Positions 40,900 through 52,820 of a stretch of DNA of 63,971 bases are shown piece by piece. The stretch is taken from positions 37,166,269-37,230,239 of the forward strand of contig NC_068981.1 in NCBI RefSeq assembly GCF_001194135.2, given 5' to 3'. A program made the position numbers and the translations under genes. The notes below the pieces were generated by a model that was not told where the DNA came from, did not search any database, and worked only from the letters and a program-made list of their open reading frames with translations. How positions within the stretch are numbered: position 1 is the first letter of the stretch; every line of letters starts with the position of its first letter. Origin of the DNA: Octopus bimaculoides (Eukaryota).

Positions 40900-41400
40900 T
40901 TATAATAGCATCAATAGTCAGTTAGTTACCATGGTTACAGTCAGATCACTATCACATTATTGGCAGTTAGTTTCAGAGAAATTATTGTGGTCATAGGAAC
41001 TTTATGCATGACATGCAGAAAAGAATTGTAAACTAAGGAATGATAAAGTAGGTTATCAATTGCTGGGTAGAATCCTATTACTGATGGCCTAAGTTCCCAA
41101 GTGGTTTAGTTATGACTCAGGATAAAGAAAATCTGTTAGTTGATCCAACAAATAAACCAACCATGAATTTGCTTTTTCTCTTTTGCACATGTGAGTTTAT
41201 TATATTATATTTCCTTTCGTTTACCTTTTTCTTTTCAGAACCTGAGGTCATGGAGACTGTTATTAAGGGAGCCTCCACAATTTTGAGGCATTTAAATAGT
41301 ACTATGAGGATAATAAAAGCAAAAGCTGAGAATTGTTGACAAACAGATTGCACGGATGCCATCACATTGCAACAGGCTGTAGAGATAAGGAATTTCCATT
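40900..41400 (+). mobile_element. Possible old hAT (Ac/ZBED1-like) transposase relic
   Basis: PEVMETVIKGASTILRHLNS...DAITLQQAVEIR resembles EL..K...IV.HF..S...L.Q.V.TRWNS; upstream HYWQLVSEKLL. Many stops. Confidence 0.3.
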
Positions 41401-42679
41401 GATTTCATTCAATTCTCTAAACCAACTTTTTGGATAAATGTGCCACCATTTACAAATAGAATGCCAGGGTCTTGAGTAATGGGTGATGACTCAATGCAGC
41501 ATTTATAATATAAAATAATATCTGAAAATGTTTGATGCTGAATAAAGAAAATTGTGAAACACTCACATATTACAAAAGGATAATATATTCACAGGCTTTA
41601 TTTGGCAGTTTATATTTTGTATTTATAGATTTTCTTCACTTTAGATTATTTTCCTCAGAGCTACCAATGCACAGATTTAACACTAAGCCCAGCCTTATGC
41701 CCTCATTGATTATCGCTGAGCTATTTGTTACTAGGCTGTCAGTGCAGTACAACAATTTACAAGTTTTACAACATCACTGAATTTCCACATCAACTCATAT
41801 TTCTTAGTTTCAGTGAAAAGATTGCCATGAATTAAAGAGTTCATGTCATCAGCTAACAATTCCATTAATTCAAATAGAATTTCTTCAGGATTTTATAAAC
41901 CTGTTTCCCAGTAATTTGAATTTAGAAGGAAGTAGATTGTATATATTAGGAAAGATTTTAGGGTTAATATCATTCAACAGACTTCAAAACCACAAGTAAA
42001 ATCAAACTGAAATGTAATAATTGTTAACTATAAATTTAGATATAAAGTTAACTGTTGTTTAATAATACATTTATTTCAATTTAGTGTTAAATGAAAATAT
42101 ATTCAATCGTCTTTGGAATTGTATTTTTGTTATTGTATATATTTTATTAAAAGTGATTCAGTACAAATATTACTGTGATGGCTCTCTAGACTGTTTCTGT
42201 CTCTCTCTAAACAATAAAAATAAATTTATTCTAATGAAACTTGAGTCTCCTATTGAATAGAAGCTATTTTTCTAAACTTTACATTGTAAGAAGATCTTTT
42301 TGAAATTTTATTTTAGTTTAGATTTGCCTTTACAGTTTTACGATACAATAGAAAATAATTATCATATTTAAAGACTCAGTAAGTAGAAAAATACTCCTCA
42401 AAGAAATGAGTACTGTTCAGAAAATGGAAAAATACCTTTCTATCAATTCTCTAAAAAGGAAATTTTTCTTAACAGGATAATATTCTGGTAGAAATAAACA
42501 TTTTCTTTCTGTTTTGGTATTTATTTTTTTCTTTTTCTCATAACGCACTTGAACACAAAATAATTTCTCACTGTTGTCTCAATTTCTGTAGTTTATATTA
42601 AAGTGCATAAATTTTAAGAGTTGTTTCAGAATTGATATTTAAAAAAAAAATTCCATAGCATGTACTATACAATTATTGT

Positions 42680-42792
42680 ATCATCCTCATCCTCAACATC
42701 ATCAACATCATCATCATCATCATCATCATTATTATTATTGTTATTATTATCATCATCATCATCATCGTCACCATCATCATCACCACTATCAG

Positions 42793-42825
<33 letters not shown>

Positions 42826-42850
42826 TATTATTATTATTATTATTATTTAT
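42680..42850. repeat. Compound (CAT)n/(TAT)n tract
   Basis: Direct inspection. Confidence 0.96.
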
Positions 42851-43389
42851 CAATTAAATCTGAAATGACAATAAAGCAATTTCTCTCCGTATAAAACAAA
42901 GTTCCATGAAATCTTTTATTAATTAGATTACTAGTAGAATTTGGGTCAAGAGTATTTTGTTTGATATTTCGATTTCATCTGCTGGTACTGACAAATGCTA
43001 GACTCTTTTATACAATAATCATAAAGTAAACATATGAATCCTCTCAGTAATCATAGCATTATCACTCTTTTATTAATAATCTCTATGCCTCTATGAAAAG
43101 CAATTAAATATCTTGATAATGGAATTGTCAAGTATTTTATGATTTCTATCATTGAAATTTTTTTCAATAATCAGTTCATCTTTTACGATACACCTTTGAT
43201 GATAAAGTTGTCAAGGTTCATATTCTGAAGGATCGACTGGTTTTGAAAAGTACTAAGGTTGAAGTTTTACAGCTCATCATTATCATCATCATTACCATTC
43301 TCCTCAACATCATTATCATTTAATGTTCATTAAATGTTGCCATGGGATGGACAATTCAGTCAAAAAAATTGTAAGCCAGAAAACTGTGC

Positions 43390-43500
43390 CAAACTTTACA
43401 GTCTAATTTGGTATGGTTTCTATGGCTGAATGCTCTTTCTAATGTCGACCTCTTTACAGAGTGTACTGGGTGCTTTTTATGTGGCACCAACGCCAGTGAT
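43390..43500 (-). mobile_element. RTE-type 3' tail fragment, same tail family as 2195-2421
   Basis: ggtttctatggctgaatgctctttctaatgtcgacc is the reverse complement of the ggttggcgttaggaagggcatccagc motif. A similar fragment lies at about 48085-48290. Confidence 0.65.
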
Positions 43501-44441
43501 GTCCCCCTAGGAACTAGTTAGATAAGAGCTCTCGGTTGAGTGAGGAGTAGAATTGAGGTGATGAGAGGTTAAAGTATGATAGAAGAACAGAAACAACTGT
43601 CTTATTGTAGAGAAGTCACATGGCTTCCCCAGTTGCAAAAGAGAGAGAAGTAGAGAGAGAAGACGAGAGACAAAGAGAGAGAAGTTGATGGTGAAAATGT
43701 TCTGGGTTGTACCCTCAAGTTACAGGGACATGAATTTAAGTGAAATAATACAGAGGATTGGACTGGGTAACAGGGCAGGTAATTTCTCAAGAGTGCAACA
43801 GGAGAGTGAGAGATAGAGACAAGGGAAATGCAGTGTGTTGTGAACATAGGTGGAGGAAGGTGGTTTTAGGAATATGATTATTTGGAGATAGATTCGTCAA
43901 GGACTGATAGAGTGCAGTTAAGTTCACAAGAGGATATCTATTTCATGTGTGTTCAATATGCTTGTTGTTCCTGCACATCTGCCACACACAAAGACCATAT
44001 TTTCTGTTAACATCCCTATGATTCTACTACCAAATTAGCACATGCCAGATGAAAAATTTTCTATGTTTACATAGGCTGCTAAAAATAGCAATCAAATTAT
44101 CCTTGAAACATACTGTGTCATCATAAAATGTGAAGTACAGAAGAAATATGGGATATGTAGTCTTGAATATTATGTCTGAATAAAACTAGGATACAGTTGG
44201 AACACCTCTATCCATAATTGTACACAAAAATAGCAGATGCAAAACAGCAGTAATAACTAATAGTGTAATGTATAAGTGCAGATTATGGAAGATTTTGCCT
44301 TGAAAGACATTAGCCAATGCATAAATTATCACTGATATTGGATGTTGTCTCATTGTATTTAATAAAGGGGTAATATCACAATACTTGAGTACCAATATTT
44401 AGATAGCTTGTGTTTGTTAAATTAATTGAGTTTATAAGTAG

Positions 44442-44580
44442 CAGTAATCTTGGCTATGTGATTAAGTTGTTTGCTTACTAAACACATGGCTTCTGGTGCA
44501 ATTCCACTCTGTGGCACCTTAGAATGATCAATGTCTCATGAGTAGAATTTGATAGATGAACATTGTATGAAAACCCATGC
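44442..44580 (+). mobile_element. Decayed SINE family B head
   Basis: tggctatgtgattaagttgtttgcttactaaacacatgg...ccactctgtggcacctt aligns with 33640-33715. Confidence 0.7.
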
Positions 44581-44609
44581 TTTGAACTATTGATGTAATC
44601 ATGAGGTTC

Positions 44610-46030
44610 TAGAATTACGAGACGTAAACTTAATTCTGTTGGAATTTACTTCAGAGACAATAACCTTGTTATTAATACTTCTAGGGGGATGGTTAGTATT
44701 AGCTAAATTAATGCTAGTATTAGTAATTGGATTCTTATTTAACAGACTAACATTATGTGAGGAGATAATTTGTGAGAGATTTTTGTGCTGGAAAAACCAA
44801 TCCTAACCGTGTGCGAGTTGATAATCGAGTAATACCTAGAATTCTTTGGAAAATTCCTAATAATAGCTTCCAGAAACTGGAAAGGAAGATTAGATTTAAT
44901 TTGCTTCCATAAGGAATAATCAGCCAAATAGTTTTGCTAGTAGTCGCCTTATTTTTTGTGTAACTATCTTTAAAAGACACCAATTTACCTTTAGAATGAA
45001 AAAATGGGTTCTGTTTTGGTGTTGGCGTATAAATTAAAATTGAAATCGTTCATATCGTTACAACTAAATTTTATGTCTCCATTACTAAAGGTAGAATAAG
45101 ACTGAATAGAATTAATGTAGGTAACTTTTTCTGTATAACCTGCTTTAAGTAAGGCAGAGTTATAAAATTCAGCCTTATTGAAAATGTCAACATTAGCAGA
45201 TAACTTAGACAATCTAAATGAAATATTCTTAACTAAGTTCTTAGTGACTGCTCTAGAATGATTACTGAATACTTAAGATTGGTTGATTGTTTGTGGTATG
45301 GGAAGTACGAATTATTGTGTAAATTAAGTGTAATATCTAAAAAGTAGGCATCAAAAACGATGCATAAGCCCATTCTACGGAAAAACGTAACTAAACTACT
45401 CTTAACCTTTTGTACGTTTTGGTTAGAAACATTTTGAATGTAGAGTGAACAATCATCACGATATAGACTTCCATTGATTCTTGGGAACTAGTCTGCCATT
45501 TCATAAAGTATATATATACCGACCAAATCAGCTATTTGAGCTGAATCAGAATTTCCGAACGTAACATCAAAACCATCGGGTGTATCTTTACGGACCCACA
45601 GCTTGTTATCAAATTTTATGACAGATTTTCTGGCAGCCAACACGACATTAATCTCTTCCCTGGTGAAACCAGCTTTGTTGTGAGCTAGCCAGAGTTTCTT
45701 ATTAAGCACTATTGTGTTCACGGAGGAATAGAAGCTAGAAATGCCAAACTGGATAAACTTAGTGCTACTTGTATTAATAATAGAACTAAACAAGTCAACG
45801 ACTTGGAACGAATTGGACCATAAACTAAGCTTTAATTTTTTAACTAAGGTAGGAGTAAATTTATCTAGAATTTTTCTACTAAGTACATCGATCAGAGCTA
45901 GAAGGACAGATAAGTCGTAAGGATGGGTTATTAAAAAAATTGTTTATGATCTTATAAAATAAAACGAGGTGGCTTAGGATCAAGTGGTTCTGTCTTCATC
46001 TGTAAGTTATACTTCTCCATAAATTTCCTG
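44610..46030 (-). mobile_element. Penelope-like element, second lineage (Naiad-like RT); RT nearly complete, GIY-YIG missing
   Basis: DHK...NNPSLRLICPS...KILDK...LWSNS..VVDLFSSI; FIQFGISSFYSSV; FDVTFGNSDSAQIADLVGIYIL; LYRDD at 45452-45466; FLDITLNL; RLSKLSANVDIFN...YNSALLKAGY; IWLIIPY.KQIKSN...FPKNSRYYSIINSHTVRIGFS; HN..LL. Frameshifted. Confidence 0.88.
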
Positions 46031-46032
46031 TG

Positions 46033-46305
46033 GCAAATTTGTGAAGGAAAGCATCTTTTGCTCATCATCCTCTAGATCTTAAAGTCTTGCAGACATTTTA
46101 GTCACAGATACTGTTTATTTGTAGGTATGGATTAAGAGGTTGCATTCTCTCCCCAAACTTTACTCTTGTTGGGCTGGTTGCTCCAATAATAATAAGTATG
46201 AAGCTAACGATGCATCTTGGGTACTGGATTTGCAAACATCTTATTTATAGTCCACAGATGTCCTCTTCTGTATTTTTCTGATCACATTGATGTTCAGAGG
46301 GCAAC

Positions 46306-46306
<1 letters not shown>
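46033..46306 (-). mobile_element. 3' fragment of an RLE-type (R4-like) non-LTR retrotransposon, copy 1
   Basis: CPL..NVIRKI..EDI(Y)GL*IRCLQIQ.PR...SFILIIIGAT...VCKTLR resembles the RLE C-terminus SCPLD.NV..K..EK...Y..L...LQ..YP.Y.F...PIIIGA.G. About 95% identical to 50368-50641. Confidence 0.7.
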
Positions 46307-46364
<58 letters not shown>

Positions 46365-46480
46365 TACTTGGAAAAGAATGCGTGGCATTCGATCATATAA
46401 TAATATAAATAATATATAAATATATGCATATATACATACATATATGTACATACTTACATATTTATGTATATATACATGCA
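46307..46480. repeat. (TA)n tract and AT-rich low complexity
   Basis: Direct inspection. Confidence 0.95.
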
Positions 46481-46870
46481 TATATGGGTACAGGAATTTA
46501 AAAAAAGCGTAGACACAATGAGAAACGAGAACATGAAAAACAAAAACATAGAAAACGAACTATTTTAAAAAAAAAACTAACAAAGAAATGAGACATGCAA
46601 CATAAAAAACATTCCCTTCATCAGTTGTCCCCTGTTTTATCTACTCTGCGTTTTGAAGGTAAGGACAAGACGCGACTTCGTTAAAACAGTCCTTCCTGCA
46701 AAGCAAATTAAATAAAATTTGGGATTTTTTGCGGAGGGTGAAAGTGGTAACAAAAACAGGACAGTGAGAACAACACAGTAAAAACAAACGGCGAGGGCTG
46801 TTAAGCTAAAACAATGTATGTTGGCAAAAAATAGAAAACAGTGACGAGGAAAACAATACACCTATGTTAT
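46480..46870 (-). mobile_element. Dispersed-repeat fragment, possibly the C-terminus and 3' tail of a PLE
   Basis: The minus ORF ends KFYLICFAGRTVLTKSRLVLTFKTQSR*, followed by CTGATGAAGGG. Weak resemblance to PLE termini only. Confidence 0.3.
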
Positions 46871-48464
46871 TACGTAAATATACCCCCATGGTATTTGTAC
46901 TGCTGCGTTTGCACCAATGATCTATGATCATTCTCACCATTGTAAATGTGTGAATGTGTGATTGATCCCTTGGAAATCAGTAATTGTGGATGTTAATGTT
47001 CACAGCTTGCATTGTAATACAAATAAGTACTTTTAGCAAAAAGACATAAAAATAGCTGTTGGGCTAAGTGACTGGAACACTGACATTAGTTTTTCTAAAA
47101 CTGTTATCTATCATACTGAGCGAGTTATATATAAAGCTTCTTTCCAATGTATACCCTTATGACAAGAGAAGTTTCTTTACTTGATAGTTTGATATCAGAA
47201 AAAAACATTTAATTCCATCATTTCAGTTACTAAGAGATATTAACATAAAATACTTAAATTGTTTTCACTGGAATTTATACTTATTTCTAACTTCCTTGTT
47301 CTGCCATTATGGATCTATATCAGATCTATACTAATAGCTTTCTTTCTTTCTAATTAGTAATAACAATTTTAATTTATAATTCATTATTGTTGTTAAAATA
47401 TAACATCTAAATTGATTTTTATCCACTTCAGCTACAATGATAAAGGATAGACACGTGATGGATTTTCTATAATATTACACTGATGGACATTATTTTTGTT
47501 CTGCTTAAGTAATTTTGCATCATTAGTGATGCTTTAGAGATACTTGAAGTAAATTAATAATGTATGAACAATTAATAATTACTAATTTAGGAATGAAGAA
47601 TATTACAATCTGTCAGATTTATGTTACATACACAGCAAACTTTTGTTTCATCTTAACTTGACATGTTCTGTTTTGTATGTTATATATATTTATTACATGT
47701 AAAAGTGACAGCAAGGAAGAAGAAATTTACTCTTGCTAAGATTTTATATAACAGTGGGAAAGGGATCTGTTTTCAAATTACAAAATCAAGGAAAGACAGT
47801 AGAAAGTTGTTCATAAGCCTTAAACAACAAATACCTCTTTTTGACATTGTGTTTCGAGGGCTAGAAATATTCTTACATTCTTTTACTGATTTTGAACATT
47901 GGTCTGTTGCCATGCTGAGTACTGCCATCAAGGATTTTAGTTGATCATATAAACTATTTATTTAAGTGTGGCACTTGTTTTATTGATCTTTATTAAATTA
48001 GTAAACTTTTACATTTTGGCATAAATGGGAGTAAGTCAACATACCAATTGATAACACTATACAGAAACACCACCACCACTATCAAACATCCATCCATGTT
48101 CCATACTGGCATGGGTTGAACAGATCAACAGGATCTGATTGGTTCAAAGCAGCATTATGCTCTAGTGTATACTTTAGCATGGTTGCTAGGGGTGGACGTC
48201 TTTCTTAATGCCAGCCACTTTACAGCATTTACTGGGTGCTTTTTCAGACCACCAGTACTAGTGAGGTCAACAAACAGCTTACAAGACTATGAAACCCAAG
48301 GGTTATATGTGTATATATGAATAATATGGGTGGCTAATTTGCAATTTTACAACCTAAAAGCAGAAATATATACACTGTTGCAAAATTGTGAATTAGCAAC
48401 TCATAAAATTTATATATGTATATATATAAATTTATATATGTATATATATATATATAAGTATATA

Positions 48465-48680
48465 TATGAGACGCCATGATTAATCGCTGACCAAACACCA
48501 TTCAATTTTTTTTCTCCGTGCTTTTCTCCTTGTTTTCTCCGTATTCTTTTTGTTGAAGAGCGTAGCTTGAAACGTTAAAGACTTTCTGTATTCCCGAGCG
48601 TCAAACTAATACATCCTTTTGTTGTTTACACCACCTGTCCTCGTCTGTTGTTGTTTTTTTTTCGTACATTCTCCTATATA
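48465..48680 (+). mobile_element. PLE-type 3' tail fragment containing a hammerhead-like motif
   Basis: Shares TGTTGAAGAGYGTAG.CT.GAAACGT.AAA with the tail at 52780-52820, in the opposite orientation. Confidence 0.6.
48545..48581 (+). ncRNA. Minimal type-I hammerhead-ribozyme-like motif (variant core)
   Basis: TCTTT-TTGTTGA-A-GAGC GTA GCTT-GAAAC-GTT-AAAGA: stem I TCTTT/AAAGA, stem II GAGC/GCTT, GAAA, palindromic ACGT as stem III. The core deviates from CUGAnGA at two positions. Confidence 0.5.
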
Positions 48681-48683
48681 TAT

Positions 48684-49191
48684 NNNNNNNNNNNNNNNNN
48701 NNNNNNNNNNNNNNNNNNNNNNNNNNNNNNNNNNNNNNNNNNNNNNNNNNNNNNNNNNNNNNNNNNNNNNNNNNNNNNNNNNNNNNNNNNNNNNNNNNNN
48801 NNNNNNNNNNNNNNNNNNNNNNNNNNNNNNNNNNNNNNNNNNNNNNNNNNNNNNNNNNNNNNNNNNNNNNNNNNNNNNNNNNNNNNNNNNNNNNNNNNNN
48901 NNNNNNNNNNNNNNNNNNNNNNNNNNNNNNNNNNNNNNNNNNNNNNNNNNNNNNNNNNNNNNNNNNNNNNNNNNNNNNNNNNNNNNNNNNNNNNNNNNNN
49001 NNNNNNNNNNNNNNNNNNNNNNNNNNNNNNNNNNNNNNNNNNNNNNNNNNNNNNNNNNNNNNNNNNNNNNNNNNNNNNNNNNNNNNNNNNNNNNNNNNNN
49101 NNNNNNNNNNNNNNNNNNNNNNNNNNNNNNNNNNNNNNNNNNNNNNNNNNNNNNNNNNNNNNNNNNNNNNNNNNNNNNNNNNNNNNNNNNN
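48684..49191. other. Assembly gap (N run) flanked by (TA)n
   Basis: Run of N. Confidence 0.99.
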
Positions 49192-50273
49192 ATATATATA
49201 TATATATATATATATAATGTATCTGTGTGTATCTTATATGTTTGCATATGTGTGTGTGTGTGTATGTGTGTGCATAGATTGTACTCTGTGTTTATTTGTA
49301 TAATGTATTGAGTTATATGCAAAATCTTTGTCTAGTCAATCATTAGATTGTGAACTTATATACATATAGGTATATACACCAACCTGTACACACATAAACA
49401 CACACAAATACACATGCACATGCACACACAATAAAAGGTGGGCAGTGTGATCAAAACTGGGACCCCATAGTTCAAGGTGAACATCATAACCTTATTCCTG
49501 CATATAACATATGTGCAGGGATAAAGGCTACGCCAACACATATACCTACATTTATTATTAAAATAATTGATAGTTTGTCTTTTAACCTTTATACATTGTT
49601 AGAACCTTTTAATAAGGAAAGTAGACATTTTGTTAGTATATTAATAATGTTAACTCTATAGATCCCCTCTAGGAATGCAAAGATTAATTTGATTTTGGTT
49701 GGATTTACAATGAAAAAAAAATTGTACAAGACATTGTAAAATGATACATTTTTACTCTACTACTATCTACCATGTGCCAACTAGAAAATATTGGTCTCCT
49801 TTTGTTCTTTCAATTGTTTCTTGAATAGTTTGTTTTGTTTTTTTTCTTTCTTTTGGCGCAACCAGAAAATATTGACATTAAAGTTATTGTAACACTTCCT
49901 AATTTCTTTTATAATGCTGAATGTTAGAAAATGAACAATGTGTTTCATTTGGAAAGCAATTAATTGAAGAAAACATAAACATCAAAATGATTAATTAACT
50001 TTCTGTTCCAGTGCACAGCGTTGTAAAAAAGATATGAGTCATCATTTACCGATTGTAGCTTGTCCCATAAAAAACAATATCAACTATACTGACCAAAGAA
50101 TTGAAGTAGTAGATATGATCAAGAAATCTTCACTGTCACCCACATTATAATGGCTGAAGTTAAAATCTGCAGTATTTTAGTTCTATAAGTCACTTTGTAA
50201 GTTCTGACTCAGGTAAGCTTAGATGAAAGTAAGAACTTCATACACTTTCTCAAACACTCAAATGCGCACATGC

Positions 50274-50317
<44 letters not shown>

Positions 50318-50367
50318 TTGTTCTTTTTTAAATTTAGAGTTAATTTTGACCTAGCATCTGCTTGGTA

Positions 50368-50765
50368 GCAAATTTGTGAAGGAAAGCATCTTTTGCTCAT
50401 CATCCTCTAGATCTTAAAGTCTTGCAGATTTTTTAGTCCCAGATACTGTTTATTTGTAGGTATGGATTAAGAGGCTGCATTCTCTCCCCAAACTTTACTC
50501 TGGTTGGGCTGGTTGCTCCAATAATAATAAGTATGAAGCTAAAGATGCATCTTGGGTCCTGGATTTGCAAACATCTTATCTATAGTTCATAGATATCCTC
50601 TTCTGTATTTTTCTGATCACACTGGTGTCCAGAGGGCAACACTTTTCTGTAACAGAGGATATATTTTTCATGTTGTGTCACACAACAGTATCTGGTCGGT
50701 TGTGTTTTAACTTGATGGCTAGTTTAATTTTCAAGTATTTTTTTGATACATCAGTCTCGATATCT
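50368..50765 (-). mobile_element. 3' fragment of an RLE-type (R4-like) retrotransposon, copy 2 (longer)
   Basis: KLAIKLKHNRPDTVV...CPLDTSVIRKI...IIIGAT...TVSGTKK. KHNRPD is the RLE catalytic PD motif. Confidence 0.8.
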
Positions 50766-51689
50766 ATTTGTGTATGTATGTATGTATGTATGTATGTATG
50801 TATGTATGCATGCAGCTTCTGGTGGTCCAAATAAGATATGCAGTCTATGTGGGTCTTTTGAATACATTGTCTGGTTTAAAAAGCCACATCAGATGCCATG
50901 ATGGATCTAAGGTGTAAGTGCTCGAGGTAGTCAGACTTTGCATAAGGAGTAGACAACCACCATGTATGTATGTATGTATGTATAATCAGTTGTCCATAAG
51001 TCAGAAATAAAAGTACACTCAATTTAAGTAATAATAATATGTATATTTATATATGGTCAGATGATGCATTAGTGGTTATGTCATATAATTGGTTGGAATA
51101 TTACTGTCAGTTTCATACCAAATATTGCTACTAGTCATATTGATGAGACTTCAAACATGGTAATAGTCAGCATATAATCGATTTAGGTTCTAGAAACACA
51201 TAGACTTTTGTTTAGCTTTGTGGTAACAAAAGGAAGTTGTTGAGCAAATATTTTGGAGAAGAGGGATGAAGAACTAGAGTGAAATCAGAAGAATGGGAAG
51301 GTTATTCTTTATGCATGTTGGCTGTGTGAGTATCGTTCTCTAGTTAAAAGAGAGATATGACTACAATTTGCACTCATCAGGACAGCATCTGCAAATTTAA
51401 CCTTTTGCATGTAGGTAAGTGCCTGATCACATGATTTGTTTTTAGAATGAACCTCTGCTCTGCCAATCAGGGACTGCATGTCCTACTTCCATTAAGATGC
51501 AACCTAGATCAGTCCTAGTACATCCATTTGATGTTTCACAACGTTGCACCTTCTTTTAATCACCATATATATATAAGTATATGCTCGCTGTCACACTACT
51601 CTGTTAAATGTCTATTTGAAATGAATTCTTGTGAACAGTTTTACGACCTGAACAGGCCTTTTCCTTATTTCTTTTTTTATTTCTCTTTC

Positions 51690-51691
51690 TT

Positions 51692-51785
<94 letters not shown>
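51690..51785. repeat. Long (CT)n microsatellite
   Basis: Direct inspection. Confidence 0.99.
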
Positions 51786-51786
<1 letters not shown>

Positions 51787-52005
51787 AATTTAAATTCCTT
51801 CACCATCTATCTGGCTTTTTTTCTGTCTGGGTTTTTACTGCCAGTCATATGTACAATGTATATTAACATATGTATTCTGCTCATCTTTTGTGTATGCCTA
51901 TGAAAAGTTATTTATAGAGGGTTCCATCATGCACCTATCTACATACATACATACATACATACATTATATACGTACATAAATATACACACACACACACACA
52001 CACAG

Positions 52006-52046
<41 letters not shown>

Positions 52047-52394
52047 TATTTAAATCTACATATTTCTGGAAATGGTTTCTATCTCCCAAACTCTACACTC
52101 CATTTCTTATGTACTTTTATATTTTCGACAGTGATATTTCCTATATATATATAAATGCTTTCCCAAATAAACTTGCAGTGCATCTTAGAAGCTCCGATGA
52201 AGCTATTACGTGATGCAAAAGCACTCAGCTCTATGTTCTGAGTGCTTTGCTTCTTATAGCTATAAGCTAGTGAAGTTCATTACATAATTTCCTGTTCCCT
52301 TGTCATCCATTTATAATTAATATATGCATATGTGTGCACATGCGCAGATGTGTGTGTATATGAATGTGTGTGTGCGTGTGTGTGTGTGTGTGTG

Positions 52395-52687
<293 letters not shown>

Positions 52688-52780
52688 GTTTAGCTGAAAT
52701 TTATAGAAAATCAAAAGATGAAGACAGGTGTATGAACAACAAGCAAGTGTATTAGGTTGACGCTCGAGAAAATGTAAAAA

Positions 52781-52820
52781 GTATTTTACGTTTCGAGCCT
52801 ACACTCTTCAACAGAAAGGA
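52781..52820 (-). ncRNA. Minimal type-I hammerhead-ribozyme-like motif in a PLE 3' tail
   Basis: Minus strand TCCTTT-CTGTTGA-A-GAGT GTAG GCTC-GAAAC-GTA-AAATAC; predicted GUA cleavage triplet at 52789-52787. Confidence 0.55.

Noticed and set aside
41112-41339. 75-aa ORF with a strong acceptor at 41238 as a host-gene terminal exon
   Set aside because: The apparent upstream intron is only 48 nt and splicing it creates a stop. The downstream peptide resembles a decayed hAT transposase more than any cellular protein I recognise.
46605-46625. CTGATGA hammerhead core on the minus strand
   Set aside because: No stem II or GAAA half downstream, so it is not called a ribozyme.
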